Of a DNA stretch of 64,000 nucleotides, positions 1-9,195 are shown piece by piece (the stretch's first letter is position 1; each line of letters begins with the position of its first letter). The notes beneath the pieces were generated by a model, which was given only the letters and a program-made list of their open reading frames with translations, had not been told where the DNA came from and did no database searches. Source of the DNA: Hydrogenophaga sp. (GTDB lineage: Bacteria > Pseudomonadota > Gammaproteobacteria > Burkholderiales > Burkholderiaceae_C); NCBI RefSeq assembly GCF_022844385.1, contig NZ_JALHLX010000004.1, positions 14,832 to 78,831 of the forward strand. Reading direction: 5' to 3'. A program made the position numbers and the translations under genes.

Positions 1-1
1 C

Positions 2-655
2 CCGGCCAAGGTCGCGCTGTTGCTCGAAGAAACCGGACTGCCCTACGAACTGGTGCCGGTGGATACGCGCAAGGGCGAGCAGCACGAGGCCGCGTTCACG
101 GCGATCAATCCCAACGCGAAAACGCCGGCCCTGGTCGACGGCGACGCGGTGGTGTTCGACAGCAATGCCATCCTACTGTATCTGGCGGAGAAGTCCGGCC
201 AGTTCCTGCCGCCAGACACGCCCGAGGCCCGTGCACAGATGCTGTCTTGGTTAATGTTCGTCGCCACCGGGGTCGGCCCGTATTCCGGGCAGGCGGTTCA
301 TTTCAAACACTTTGCCCCCGAGCCCAAGGCCTATGCGGTCAACCGCTACGACTTCGAAGCCTGGCGCCACTGGAAGATCATCGACCAGCAACTGGCCCAG
401 CATCGCTACATGCTCGGCGAGACCTACACCCTGGTCGACATGGCTGTCTGGGGCTGGGCGCGCGCCGTGCCGTTTGTGCTCGGGGCCGCCGCGTGGGAGC
501 AGTTGCCCAACGTCAAGCGCCTGCTCGATGAGATCAACACCCGTCCGGCCGCTCAGCGTGCCGAAGCTCTCAAGGCCAAGCACGCCTTCAAGGCCGAGAT
601 GGACGAAGAGGCACGGGCAGTCATGTTCCCGCAAAACGCCCGTTTGACCGCCTGA
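2..655 (+). CDS. Glutathione S-transferase (YfcG/YghU-like), 5' end outside the window
   Basis: The frame is open from base 2 (PAKVALLLEETGLPYE). It has the NPNAKTPALVD and FDSNAILLYLAEK GST N-domain motifs plus GPYSGQAVHF and YTLVDMAVWGW in the C-domain. Confidence 0.9.
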   Translation, partial: PAKVALLLEETGLPYELVPVDTRKGEQHEAAFTAINPNAKTPALVDGDAVVFDSNAILLYLAEKSGQFLPPDTPEARAQMLSWLMFVATGVGPYSGQAVHFKHFAPEPKAYAVNRYDFEAWRHWKIIDQQLAQHRYMLGETYTLVDMAVWGWARAVPFVLGAAAWEQLPNVKRLLDEINTRPAAQRAEALKAKHAFKAEMDEEARAVMFPQNARLTA

Positions 656-809
656 GCGCAGGCGGCGTCGTCGGTGCACCAACGGGCGGCGTTCGCTTGG
701 CCGCAGCCGCTTGGTCCGGCAAGGGGCGCCGGGCTGACGCGATCCCGCTCAAATGACGGCCCATAACGTCCGAAGAGGGCTTCGACGTTCACCGACTCAA
801 CTTTCCTCC

Positions 810-3095
810 ATGCAAGTTTCCGAACAACCGATCCTGCGCGACCTTGTTCTCGTCGGAGGGGGCCACAGCCACGTTGTCGTGCTGCGCATGCTCGCCATGC
901 AACCCGAGTCTGGCCTGCGCATCACCCTCATCTGCACCGACATCGACACGCCTTACTCCGGCATGCTGCCTGGCTACATCTCGGGCCACTACAGCTTTGA
1001 CGAGGTGCACATCGACCTGGGCCGTCTGGCCTCGTTTGCCGGAGCGCGCTTCATCCATGGTGAAGTGACGGGCCTCGATCGGTCCAACCAGCGTGTGCTC
1101 ATGAAGGACCGGCCCTCGGTGCCGTACGACCTGCTCTCCATCAACATCGGCTCCACACCCAATGTGCGCCAGGTGAAAGGCGCGCAAGCACACGCAGTGC
1201 CCGTGAAGCCCATCGCCCACTTCAACCTCCGCTGGCTGAATCTGCTCGAGCGCGTGCGCCTGCTGCGCGATCGATTCACGATCGCGGTGGTCGGCGGCGG
1301 TGCGGGCGGGGTTGAACTGGTGCTGTCGATGCAGTACCGGCTGCGCAGCGAGCTGCAAAAGCTGGGGCGCAATCCCGATTGGCTGCACTTTGTGTTGCTC
1401 ACGGCGGGCGACTCCATCCTGCCGACGCACAACGCCGGGGTACGCGCGCGCTTTGCCCGCGTGCTCAAAGAGCGCCACGTCGCGGTGCATACGCGTGCGG
1501 AGGTGCATCAGGTCGCGCCCGGTTGCCTGCACACGCGCGACGGTCGAACCTTCGATGCCGACGAAACGATGTGGGTCACGCAAGCCGGTGGGCCGGCCTG
1601 GCTGCAAGGCACCGGTCTGGCACTGGACGAACACGGCTTCGTCAAAGTCAACGACCGGTTGCAGACGCTGGACGACCCCAAAATCTTCGCCGCAGGGGAT
1701 GTGGCCTCGTTCACCAACCGCCCGCTGGAGAAGGCCGGTGTGTTTGCCGTGCGCATGGGCCCACCGCTGGTGAAGAACCTGCGCTTGTGCCTGCGCGATC
1801 AGCCGACGGTGGCTTTCAACCCGCAACGCAAATGGCTGGCACTGATCTCCACCGGCAATCGATACGCCGTGGCCTCGCGCGGCTCCATCGGCTTCGCCGG
1901 TACCTGGGTCTGGTCCTGGAAGGACTGGATCGATCGCCGCTTCATGCGCCAGTTCACCGAGCTGCCAGACATGGCGCCCGGTGCCGCCCCCTCGGCTGCA
2001 CCGGCCAGCAGCCTGGCGCTGAGCGCCGAAGAATCCCGCCAGGCCATCTCGGCCATTGCCATGCGCTGTGGTGGTTGCGGCGCCAAGGTGGGCGCCAGCA
2101 TCCTGACCCGCGCACTCGGCAGCCTGCAACCGGTCGAGCGCAACGACGTGCTGATCGGGCTTCACTCGCCCGACGACGCCGCCGTGGTGCGCGTGCCGCC
2201 GGGCAAGGCCATGGTTCACACCGTGGACTTCTTTCGCAGCTTCATCGACGACCCTTACCTGTTCGGCAAGGTGGCGGCCAATCACGCGTTGGGCGACATC
2301 TTTGCCATGGGTGCCGAGCCTCAGTCCGCCACAGCGATCGCCACCGTGCCGCCAGGCCTCGAATCCAAGGTGGAAGACCTGCTGCTGCAAATGATGACCG
2401 GCGCGGTCGAGGTGCTCAACGCCGCCGGCTGCGCCTTGGTCGGTGGGCACACCGGTGAGGGCCGCGAACTCGCACTGGGCTTCGCCATCAACGGACTGAT
2501 CGACGAGAACATGGATGGCGTCATGCGCAAGGGCGGCATGCAAGCGGGTGACGTGTTGCTGCTCACCAAGCCCATCGGCACCGGCACGCTGTTCGCCGCC
2601 CACGCGCGGCACGCCGCCAAGGGCCGCTGGATCGATGCGGCGCTGAAATCCATGGTGGTGTCCAACCAGGTCGGCGCGCAGATCCTGCGCGAACATGGCG
2701 CCACCGCCTGCACCGACCTGACCGGTTTCGGCCTGCTGGGGCATCTGGTGGAAATGACCCGTCCCTCGGGAGTGGACGCAGAGCTGCAACTGAGCGCCCT
2801 GCCCTTGCTGGATGGTGCATTGGAATGCGTTGAAGCGGGCATCGTCAGCTCGCTGCAGCCGGCCAATGTGCGGCTGCGCCGAGCCCTGCGCAACGCCGAA
2901 GACTTCGTCAAAGACCCGCGCTATCCGCTGCTGTTCGACCCGCAGACGGCGGGCGGCCTGCTGGCCAGCGTGCCGGGCGACCGGGCAGCCGACTGCATCC
3001 GTTCCCTGCAGGCGGCAGGCTACCTGCACACAGCAGCCATAGGTCATGTCAGCGGCGCGTCCGACTCACTGGAACCCGTGGTGCTCAGCGCATAA
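810..3095 (+). CDS. selD: Selenide,water dikinase (SelD) fused to an N-terminal FAD-dependent pyridine nucleotide-disulfide oxidoreductase (NDH-2/SQR-like) domain
   Basis: N-half: LVLVGGGHSH, VVGGGAGGVE and IFAAGD. C-half: RCGGCGAKVG, DDAAVV, HTVDFF, ANHALGDIFAMG, LVGGHT, LTKPIGTG, TDLTGFGLLGHL, LLFDPQTAGGLL. ATG at 810 was chosen over the ORF-track start at 753. Confidence 0.9.
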   Translation: MQVSEQPILRDLVLVGGGHSHVVVLRMLAMQPESGLRITLICTDIDTPYSGMLPGYISGHYSFDEVHIDLGRLASFAGARFIHGEVTGLDRSNQRVLMKDRPSVPYDLLSINIGSTPNVRQVKGAQAHAVPVKPIAHFNLRWLNLLERVRLLRDRFTIAVVGGGAGGVELVLSMQYRLRSELQKLGRNPDWLHFVLLTAGDSILPTHNAGVRARFARVLKERHVAVHTRAEVHQVAPGCLHTRDGRTFDADETMWVTQAGGPAWLQGTGLALDEHGFVKVNDRLQTLDDPKIFAAGDVASFTNRPLEKAGVFAVRMGPPLVKNLRLCLRDQPTVAFNPQRKWLALISTGNRYAVASRGSIGFAGTWVWSWKDWIDRRFMRQFTELPDMAPGAAPSAAPASSLALSAEESRQAISAIAMRCGGCGAKVGASILTRALGSLQPVERNDVLIGLHSPDDAAVVRVPPGKAMVHTVDFFRSFIDDPYLFGKVAANHALGDIFAMGAEPQSATAIATVPPGLESKVEDLLLQMMTGAVEVLNAAGCALVGGHTGEGRELALGFAINGLIDENMDGVMRKGGMQAGDVLLLTKPIGTGTLFAAHARHAAKGRWIDAALKSMVVSNQVGAQILREHGATACTDLTGFGLLGHLVEMTRPSGVDAELQLSALPLLDGALECVEAGIVSSLQPANVRLRRALRNAEDFVKDPRYPLLFDPQTAGGLLASVPGDRAADCIRSLQAAGYLHTAAIGHVSGASDSLEPVVLSA

Positions 3096-3130
3096 GGAGC
3101 CAGCACCAATTCGCGCCCTCCGAAACCAGC

Positions 3131-3158
3131 TGTAACGAAAGAGGACCCGGCAGCGACT
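3131..3158 (+). promoter_or_regulatory. ECF (SigF-type) promoter motif TGTAACG-N16-CGACT
   Basis: It lies in the intergenic gap about 60 nt upstream of ATG 3217 and matches five other copies in the window and the GTAACC-N16-CGAA consensus of Caulobacter SigF. Confidence 0.75.
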
Positions 3159-3216
3159 GAAGAGCATTCGGGCAATCAACGATTGCCAAAGCCTGAACCC
3201 ACGAAGCCTTCGCCGC

Positions 3217-5367
3217 ATGAAAAGAACTCTGATCCTCGCCACGGTCGCGATGCTGGTGGCCGCCTATTTCTTGCTTGGGCTGGACCGCTACCTGACACTC
3301 GCCGCCGTGCAGGACCGCTTGGGAGACTTCGAAGCCATCCGCCAGGCCTCTCCCATCGCCACCGCGCTCGGTTTCTTCGGTCTGTACGTGCTGGCCACAG
3401 CTCTGTCACTGCCCGGTGCGGTGATCCTGACGCTCGCGGCTGGCGCCCTGTTCGGATTGGCCGGCGGCACGCTGATCGTCTCGTTCGCCTCCAGCCTGGG
3501 CGCCACACTGGCTTTTCTGGCCTCGCGTTACTTGCTCCGGGACAGCGTGCAGGCGCGTTTTGGCGACCGCCTCAAGGCCATCAACGACGGCATGGCCAAG
3601 GACGGCGCGTTGTATCTGTTCACACTGCGCCTGATCCCGGCCTTCCCGTTTTTCCTCGTCAACCTGCTCATGGGCTTGACACCCATCCGCACCGGCACCT
3701 ATTACTGGGTCAGCCAGCTCGGCATGCTCGCGGGCACCCTGGTCTATGTCAACGCCGGCACCCAGCTGGCCCAGCTCTCAAGTCTCTCGGGTATTTTGTC
3801 GCCGGGTGTTCTGCTGTCCTTTGTTCTGCTCGGCGTCTTCCCCATGATCGCCAAAGCCACTCTCGGTTACCTGCAACGCCGGCGCGTTTACGCCAAGTGG
3901 CAACGGCCCAAAACCTTTGACCGCAATCTGGTGGTCATCGGTGGCGGCGCTGCAGGCCTGGTCACCTCCTACATCGCGGCTGCGGTCAAGTCCAAGGTCA
4001 CGCTGGTCGAGGCACACAAGATGGGTGGCGATTGCCTGAACTACGGCTGCGTGCCCAGCAAGGCATTGATCAAGTCGGCCAAACTCGCCCAACAAATGCG
4101 CCATGCAGATCACTATGGACTGGAGGCTGCCACACCGGCCTTCAGTTTCCGGCAGGTGATGGCGCGGGTGCACCGGGTCATCAGCGAGATCGCTCCGCAC
4201 GACAGCGTGGAGCGCTACACCGGGCTGGGTGTCGAGGTCCTGCAGGGTCGCGCCAAAATCGTGGACCCCTGGACGGTCGAAGTCACCCTCAACGACGGTG
4301 GCATCCAACGCCTGACCACCCGCAGCATCGTCATCGCCGCGGGTGCTCGCCCCTTCGTGCCGCCGCTGCCTGGGCTGGACGACGTGGGCTATGTCACCAG
4401 CGACACCCTGTGGGATGAGTTCGCCAAACTGGACACGCCTCCGGCGCGCATGGTGGTGCTGGGCGGTGGTCCGATCGGCTGCGAGCTGGCACAGAGTTTC
4501 GCGCGCCTAGGCTCAAAGGTCACACAAATCGAAATGGCGCCCCGGATCATGATCCGGGAGGACCAGGAGGTGTCCGACCTCGCTCGCGATTCGCTGCAAC
4601 GCGACGGTGTGGATGTACTGACCGGTCACAAGGCACTGCGCTGCGAGCGGGAGGGAGACCACAAGTTCATCGTGGTGGAACATCAGGGTCAGGAAAAACG
4701 CATCGGGTTCGACACTTTGCTGTGCGCAGTCGGCCGATCGGCACGGCTGCAGGGCTACGGACTGGAAGATCTGGGCATACCAACCGAGCGCACGGTGGTG
4801 GTCAACGAGTACCTCGAAACGCTCTACCCCAACATCTTTGCTGCGGGTGACGTGGCCGGACCATTCCAGTTCACCCACACCGCCGGGCACCAGGCCTGGT
4901 ACGCCGCCGTCAACGCGCTGTTCGGCGGCTTCAAGAAATTCAAGGTCGACTACTCCGTCATCCCCTGGGCCACCTTCATAGAGCCCGAGGTTGCCCGGGT
5001 GGGACTGAATGAACAGGACGCCAAGGAAAAGAACATTCCCTACGAAGTCACGAAATACGGCATTGACGATCTGGATCGCGCCATCGCAGATGGTTCGGCA
5101 CACGGATTCGTCAAGGTGCTGACCGTGCCGGGCAAAGACCGCATTCTGGGCGTGACCATCGTGGGCGAACATGCAGGCGACCTGTTGGCCGAGTTCGTGC
5201 TGGCCATGAAGCACGGGCTTGGACTGAACAAGATACTGGGCACCATCCACACCTATCCCACAATGGCCGAGGCGAACAAATACGTCGCTGGTGAATGGAA
5301 ACGCGCTCACGCTCCTCAGCGCGTCCTGGCCTGGTTGGGTCGCTATCACGCCTGGCGCCGAGGCTGA
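3217..5367 (+). CDS. DedA/VTT (TVP38/TMEM64) membrane domain fused to a class I flavoprotein disulfide reductase (MerA/LpdA-like)
   Basis: N-terminal hydrophobic domain with LFTLRLIPAFPFFLVNLLMGLT, then VIGGGAAG, the redox motif GGDCLNYGCVPSK, LGGGPIGCE, AAGDV and HTYPT. Confidence 0.9.
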   Translation: MKRTLILATVAMLVAAYFLLGLDRYLTLAAVQDRLGDFEAIRQASPIATALGFFGLYVLATALSLPGAVILTLAAGALFGLAGGTLIVSFASSLGATLAFLASRYLLRDSVQARFGDRLKAINDGMAKDGALYLFTLRLIPAFPFFLVNLLMGLTPIRTGTYYWVSQLGMLAGTLVYVNAGTQLAQLSSLSGILSPGVLLSFVLLGVFPMIAKATLGYLQRRRVYAKWQRPKTFDRNLVVIGGGAAGLVTSYIAAAVKSKVTLVEAHKMGGDCLNYGCVPSKALIKSAKLAQQMRHADHYGLEAATPAFSFRQVMARVHRVISEIAPHDSVERYTGLGVEVLQGRAKIVDPWTVEVTLNDGGIQRLTTRSIVIAAGARPFVPPLPGLDDVGYVTSDTLWDEFAKLDTPPARMVVLGGGPIGCELAQSFARLGSKVTQIEMAPRIMIREDQEVSDLARDSLQRDGVDVLTGHKALRCEREGDHKFIVVEHQGQEKRIGFDTLLCAVGRSARLQGYGLEDLGIPTERTVVVNEYLETLYPNIFAAGDVAGPFQFTHTAGHQAWYAAVNALFGGFKKFKVDYSVIPWATFIEPEVARVGLNEQDAKEKNIPYEVTKYGIDDLDRAIADGSAHGFVKVLTVPGKDRILGVTIVGEHAGDLLAEFVLAMKHGLGLNKILGTIHTYPTMAEANKYVAGEWKRAHAPQRVLAWLGRYHAWRRG

Positions 5368-5423
5368 ACAATGACCACCATGGAACTGGCGCCCTGCACT
5401 GCGGTTGGCCGGCCTGGTGTTTT

Positions 5424-6125
5424 ATGAAGACCTTCGTGCCTCACACCCCCATGCGTCTGTCCATCATCGTCCCCATGCTCAACGAAGCAACGGGGCTGCC
5501 CCGCCTGCTGAATCGGCTGTCCGTGCTGAAGAGCCAGGGATGCGAGGTACTGATCGTGGACGGTGGAAGCGATGACGGCTGCGCTGAATTGGCCGCTCGA
5601 AAGGGCTTGCAGGTTCTGACTTCGCCAAGAGGTCGCGCCCGGCAGATGAACCACGGCGCTGCTCATGCGACGGGCAACGTGCTCCTGTTCCTGCACGCAG
5701 ACACCGTTCTGCCCGAGGGGGCGATCATCACCATCCGCCGAGCGATGCAAAGCTCCGGTGCCGTCTGGGGCCGTTTCGATGTGGTCATCGACGGACCTCA
5801 TCCCATGCTGCGCGTGGTGGCCCAGCTGATGAACCTTCGCTCGCGCTGGACGGGCATCGCCACTGGTGACCAGGCGATGTTTGTCACCCGCGAGGCCTTC
5901 AATGCAGCGGTTGGATTCCCCGACCAGCCCTTGATGGAAGACATCGAGTTGTCCAAGCGCCTCCTCGAACGATCGCGCCCTGCTTGCATCGGAAACACCG
6001 TGTTGACGTCGGGACGCCGATGGGAGAGCCGTGGCATCTGGCGAACCATCCTTCTGATGTGGCGGCTGCGCTGGGCGTACTGGCGAGGAGCACCTGCGGA
6101 TCAGTTGGCACAGCTGTACAAATAG
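5424..6125 (+). CDS. GT2 glycosyltransferase, TIGR04283 (arsenosugar-associated) type
   Basis: SIIVPMLNEA, VDGGSDDG, GRARQMNHGA, LFLHADT, GDQAMFV, LMEDIELS, TSGRRW. The start is 5424 or 5451. Confidence 0.85.
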   Translation: MKTFVPHTPMRLSIIVPMLNEATGLPRLLNRLSVLKSQGCEVLIVDGGSDDGCAELAARKGLQVLTSPRGRARQMNHGAAHATGNVLLFLHADTVLPEGAIITIRRAMQSSGAVWGRFDVVIDGPHPMLRVVAQLMNLRSRWTGIATGDQAMFVTREAFNAAVGFPDQPLMEDIELSKRLLERSRPACIGNTVLTSGRRWESRGIWRTILLMWRLRWAYWRGAPADQLAQLYK

Positions 6126-6133
6126 GACACCAC

Positions 6134-6772
6134 ATGAATCACTCTGTCCACATCATCGTCTTCGCCAAAGCACCCGTCGCAGGCCTTGCCAAGACAAGGC
6201 TGATCCCGGCGCTGGGAGCAACGGGCGCTGCCCGCCTGGCTGCCTTGATGTTGAAACATGCGGTAGCACAGGCGCTGGCCAGCGAGGTGGGCACTGTGGA
6301 GGTGTGTGTGACGCCTGCGCCTGAAGATCCCATGTGGTCGGAGCTGTTGCCGCAGCACGCAGCGCTGCGCATCAGCGATCAAGGCCATGGTGACTTGGGA
6401 GAGCGAATGGCGCGGGCTGCTCAACGTGCGTTGGCCGCGGGCCACGCGGTGCTGTTGATGGGAACCGATTGCCCGGATCTCACCGCCGAGCGAATTCGAA
6501 TGGCGGCAGCGAACTTGCTCACCAGCGATGCCGCGCTCGTACCAGCCTTTGACGGTGGCTATGTCTTGCTGGCACTGAACCGCTTTGATGCCAGCCTATT
6601 TCGAGACATCGCCTGGAGCACCTCCAGCGTGGCGCAGGTCACGCGGTCTCGGATGGGCCAGTTGGGCTGGAGCGCGACCACCTTGTCAACGCTGCACGAC
6701 ATCGATGAGCCCGATGATCTTCGTTGGCTGCCCGAGGCTTTGCTGCCGGCTGGCATTCAGCAGCCGAAGTGA
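6134..6772 (+). CDS. TIGR04282/DUF2064-type transferase (CofC-like nucleotidyltransferase/GT-A fold)
   Basis: VFAKAPVAGLAKTRL, QGHGDLGERM, GTDCPDL, PAFDGGYVLL, DIDEPDDL; ATG at 6134 follows AGGA. Confidence 0.85.
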   Translation: MNHSVHIIVFAKAPVAGLAKTRLIPALGATGAARLAALMLKHAVAQALASEVGTVEVCVTPAPEDPMWSELLPQHAALRISDQGHGDLGERMARAAQRALAAGHAVLLMGTDCPDLTAERIRMAAANLLTSDAALVPAFDGGYVLLALNRFDASLFRDIAWSTSSVAQVTRSRMGQLGWSATTLSTLHDIDEPDDLRWLPEALLPAGIQQPK

Positions 6773-6777
6773 TGTGA

Positions 6778-7230
6778 TCAGTTGGCAGTCGCCGCAGCGG
6801 CGATACCTTCGAGCGCCTTGCGCAGGTTCTCGACCACGGGGCACTGCGCAACACCATGGCGCTGGGCGAGAAAGGCTGGGTCGTTGTAACCCACCCAGAC
6901 TTGGGCTGATGCGTCCTCCCACACCAACGCCTTGAGCGGCAGGTCGATGCCAACCGATTGCGCGCACTCCATGAAAGGTGTTCCGCCCTGCGGATTGCCG
7001 AAGATGAGCACCTCGGTGGGTCGAAGGGGCCTGCCCACCTTGGTCGCGCCAGCGGCATGGTCGATGCGCGCGAACACGTTCAGGCCCCGTTGTTTGACGA
7101 TGTCCTCCAGCCGGTCCATGGTCGCCTTCGCACCATGAGGACTCTTGACTGCGATCAGACCATCGGCGGCATTGACCAGGCCGAGGGTGGATGTCAGAAC
7201 GAGTGCAGCGATGGCGTGAAAAACTCGCAT
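6778..7230 (-). CDS. DUF302 family exported protein
   Basis: Signal peptide-like N-terminus, then VFARIDHAAGA, LIFGNPQGGTPFM and IGIDLPLKALVWED. Confidence 0.8.
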   Translation of the reverse strand: MRVFHAIAALVLTSTLGLVNAADGLIAVKSPHGAKATMDRLEDIVKQRGLNVFARIDHAAGATKVGRPLRPTEVLIFGNPQGGTPFMECAQSVGIDLPLKALVWEDASAQVWVGYNDPAFLAQRHGVAQCPVVENLRKALEGIAAAATAN

Positions 7231-7341
7231 GGGAAGCCTCCTTGGGGTTGGGGTGGCGCAGCCTGGCTGCTTCAGAGCTTGTGAGAGGCACTCAGCCTCC
7301 AACAAGTTCTCAGGTTCTACGCAGATGACTTCGGAACTGGA

Positions 7342-8187
7342 TCAAGACCGGAGCTGGGACACCCAGGTCTTCTGTGCCTCGGACATCGCTTCGTCGGGCG
7401 TGAGCAGCGCCCCGGTGAGCGCTGTGCGGATCGAGGCTTCGGGCACTGGCAGCGTCTGCGACAACAGCGCGTCGAGCAGGCGACGTGCCTTGGCCAGGCT
7501 CTGGCCGTAGAGCTCGAACACGGCCGACACGCTGACGTGTTGCGTGGGGTCGTCGAGCCAGCAGTCGTAGTCGGTCACCAGGCCCACGGTGGCATAGGCC
7601 ATCTGGGCCTCGCGCGCCAGAAACACCTCGGGTGCGTTGGTCATGCCCACCAGGTGGCAACCCATCTGCCGCAGCAGGTGGCTCTCGGCCTGGGTGCCCA
7701 AGCGGGGGCCGTCCACGCAGGCGTAGGTCAGGCCGCGGTGCACCGAGAGGCCAGACTTGTCTGCAGCGGCCATGACCGCATCGACCAGCGCACTGCTCAC
7801 GGGCTTGGCGGTGGAGACATGTGCTGCGACACCGTCACCGAAGAAAGTTCGCTCGCGCGCACCGCGCGTCCAGTCGATGTACTGCTCGGGCATCGCAAGC
7901 TCGCCAGGCGCGACTTGGATGGCCAGGCTGCCCACGGCCGAAAAGCCCAGCATCATGGTGGCGCCTGCACGCTTGAGCGCATACACGTTGGCGCGGTAGT
8001 TCACTTCGTGCGGCAACAGCCGGTGACCGGCCCCGTGGCGCGCCAGAAACAGCACCGCCTGGCCGTGCAAGGTGCCGCGCAACACCTCGCCCGATGGCGT
8101 GCCGAACGGCGTGTCGCCGCCCTGACGTTCGTGGATGTCCAGACCGTCGAGTTCGTAGAGGCCGGTGCCTCCGATGATGGCGAGCAT
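7342..8187 (-). CDS. mtnP: 5'-methylthioadenosine / purine nucleoside phosphorylase (MTAP family)
   Basis: AIIGGTGLY, TPFGTPS, FLARHG, NYRANVYALK, GPRLGT, VGMT, VTDYDCW. Confidence 0.88.
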   Translation of the reverse strand: MLAIIGGTGLYELDGLDIHERQGGDTPFGTPSGEVLRGTLHGQAVLFLARHGAGHRLLPHEVNYRANVYALKRAGATMMLGFSAVGSLAIQVAPGELAMPEQYIDWTRGARERTFFGDGVAAHVSTAKPVSSALVDAVMAAADKSGLSVHRGLTYACVDGPRLGTQAESHLLRQMGCHLVGMTNAPEVFLAREAQMAYATVGLVTDYDCWLDDPTQHVSVSAVFELYGQSLAKARRLLDALLSQTLPVPEASIRTALTGALLTPDEAMSEAQKTWVSQLRS

Positions 8188-8190
8188 GGT

Positions 8191-9195
8191 TCAGTTCTCC
8201 AGTGGGCGCACGGCGTCCTGCAGCTGATAGGCCGGACCGTGCTGGATGCGGTTGAAGTAGGAGGCGTGGGCGTCGCTGCCCTCGGGCCACAGCTTTTGGA
8301 ATTGCCGCTGCCAGGCGGCGGTATCGATTTCGATGGCGATGGCGTCGATGTGAACCTCACGCTCGACCACGCCGAAACGACGCTCGGCGCCCGTGTACGG
8401 CGAGAGCGCGATGCGGGTGATCAGGCCCGCCGCATCGCCCTGGAAGTTGGGCATGCCGGTGGCGCCGTTGTTGAACACCCAGCGTGCGTGGTCTTGCTTT
8501 GAAGCAAGGCGCTGGAACACGGGCAGACAGGTGTGCGTGCTGGCAAAGGCGTGCACGTCAGCCTCGTCGAACCAGCGTTTCACCGCCTCGCGGTGCACGG
8601 CGTCGCGCAGGTGCTCCTGCGCAAAGCCCCAGCCGGCGAGCGACTGCGCGTCGCCATGCACCACGCCCAGACGCAGTGGACCGACATCGGCGCGCAGCCA
8701 CATCGGCAAGGACCGCAGTTCGCGCTGCTGCTCGGGTGTGACGCAGCTGCGCAGCGCTTTGTGAATGCGGTTGGAGCGTTCGACCACCTGGTCTCCCACC
8801 CAGTCGGGGTAGGCGCAACCGCAGCCGGCATCGGCATCGGCGCTTTCATCGGCGTTCTGGTCGGCCAGCTCGGTCTCCACATTGCCGCGCAAGGCATCAA
8901 AGCGCATCACCGATTGCTGGATGCGGGTGAACACGGCTGGATCGGCGTCAAACCAATGGAAGTCGCCGTTGAACACCATGCGGGCTCGCCCGCGCTCCTG
9001 CCCGAACAGTTCGATCACGCGCTGCAGTGCGGCCTCGTTGCCATACAAGCCGCCCACCACATAAAGCACATCGAGATCTCTCAGGTGCTCAGGCGCCGCG
9101 CTGGCGAACACCGAGGGCGCGTAGCGGTAGTGCAGTGGGCAGCTTCTGCCGGCAGTCGCAGGCGAGGCATCGAGCGTGGGAGCGTCAATGTTCAT
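8191..9195 (-). CDS. Hypothetical protein with degenerate calcineurin-like metallophosphoesterase motifs
   Basis: Motif order VVGGLYGN, FNGDFHWFD, LRGNVE, VVHGD, STHTCLP, NNGATG. ATGA overlap with the upstream ATPase and a 3-nt gap to the phosphorylase. Confidence 0.65.
   Translation of the reverse strand: MNIDAPTLDASPATAGRSCPLHYRYAPSVFASAAPEHLRDLDVLYVVGGLYGNEAALQRVIELFGQERGRARMVFNGDFHWFDADPAVFTRIQQSVMRFDALRGNVETELADQNADESADADAGCGCAYPDWVGDQVVERSNRIHKALRSCVTPEQQRELRSLPMWLRADVGPLRLGVVHGDAQSLAGWGFAQEHLRDAVHREAVKRWFDEADVHAFASTHTCLPVFQRLASKQDHARWVFNNGATGMPNFQGDAAGLITRIALSPYTGAERRFGVVEREVHIDAIAIEIDTAAWQRQFQKLWPEGSDAHASYFNRIQHGPAYQLQDAVRPLEN

Noticed and set aside
763-786. ATAACG-N14-CGAC upstream of selD as a seventh ECF promoter
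   Set aside because: The -35 element lacks the TG of TGTAAC and the spacer is two bases short; too weak to call.
5371-5427. Tiny ORF MTTMELAPCTAVGRPGVL overlapping the GT2 start
   Set aside because: Only 18 codons with no clear RBS or motif; probably chance.
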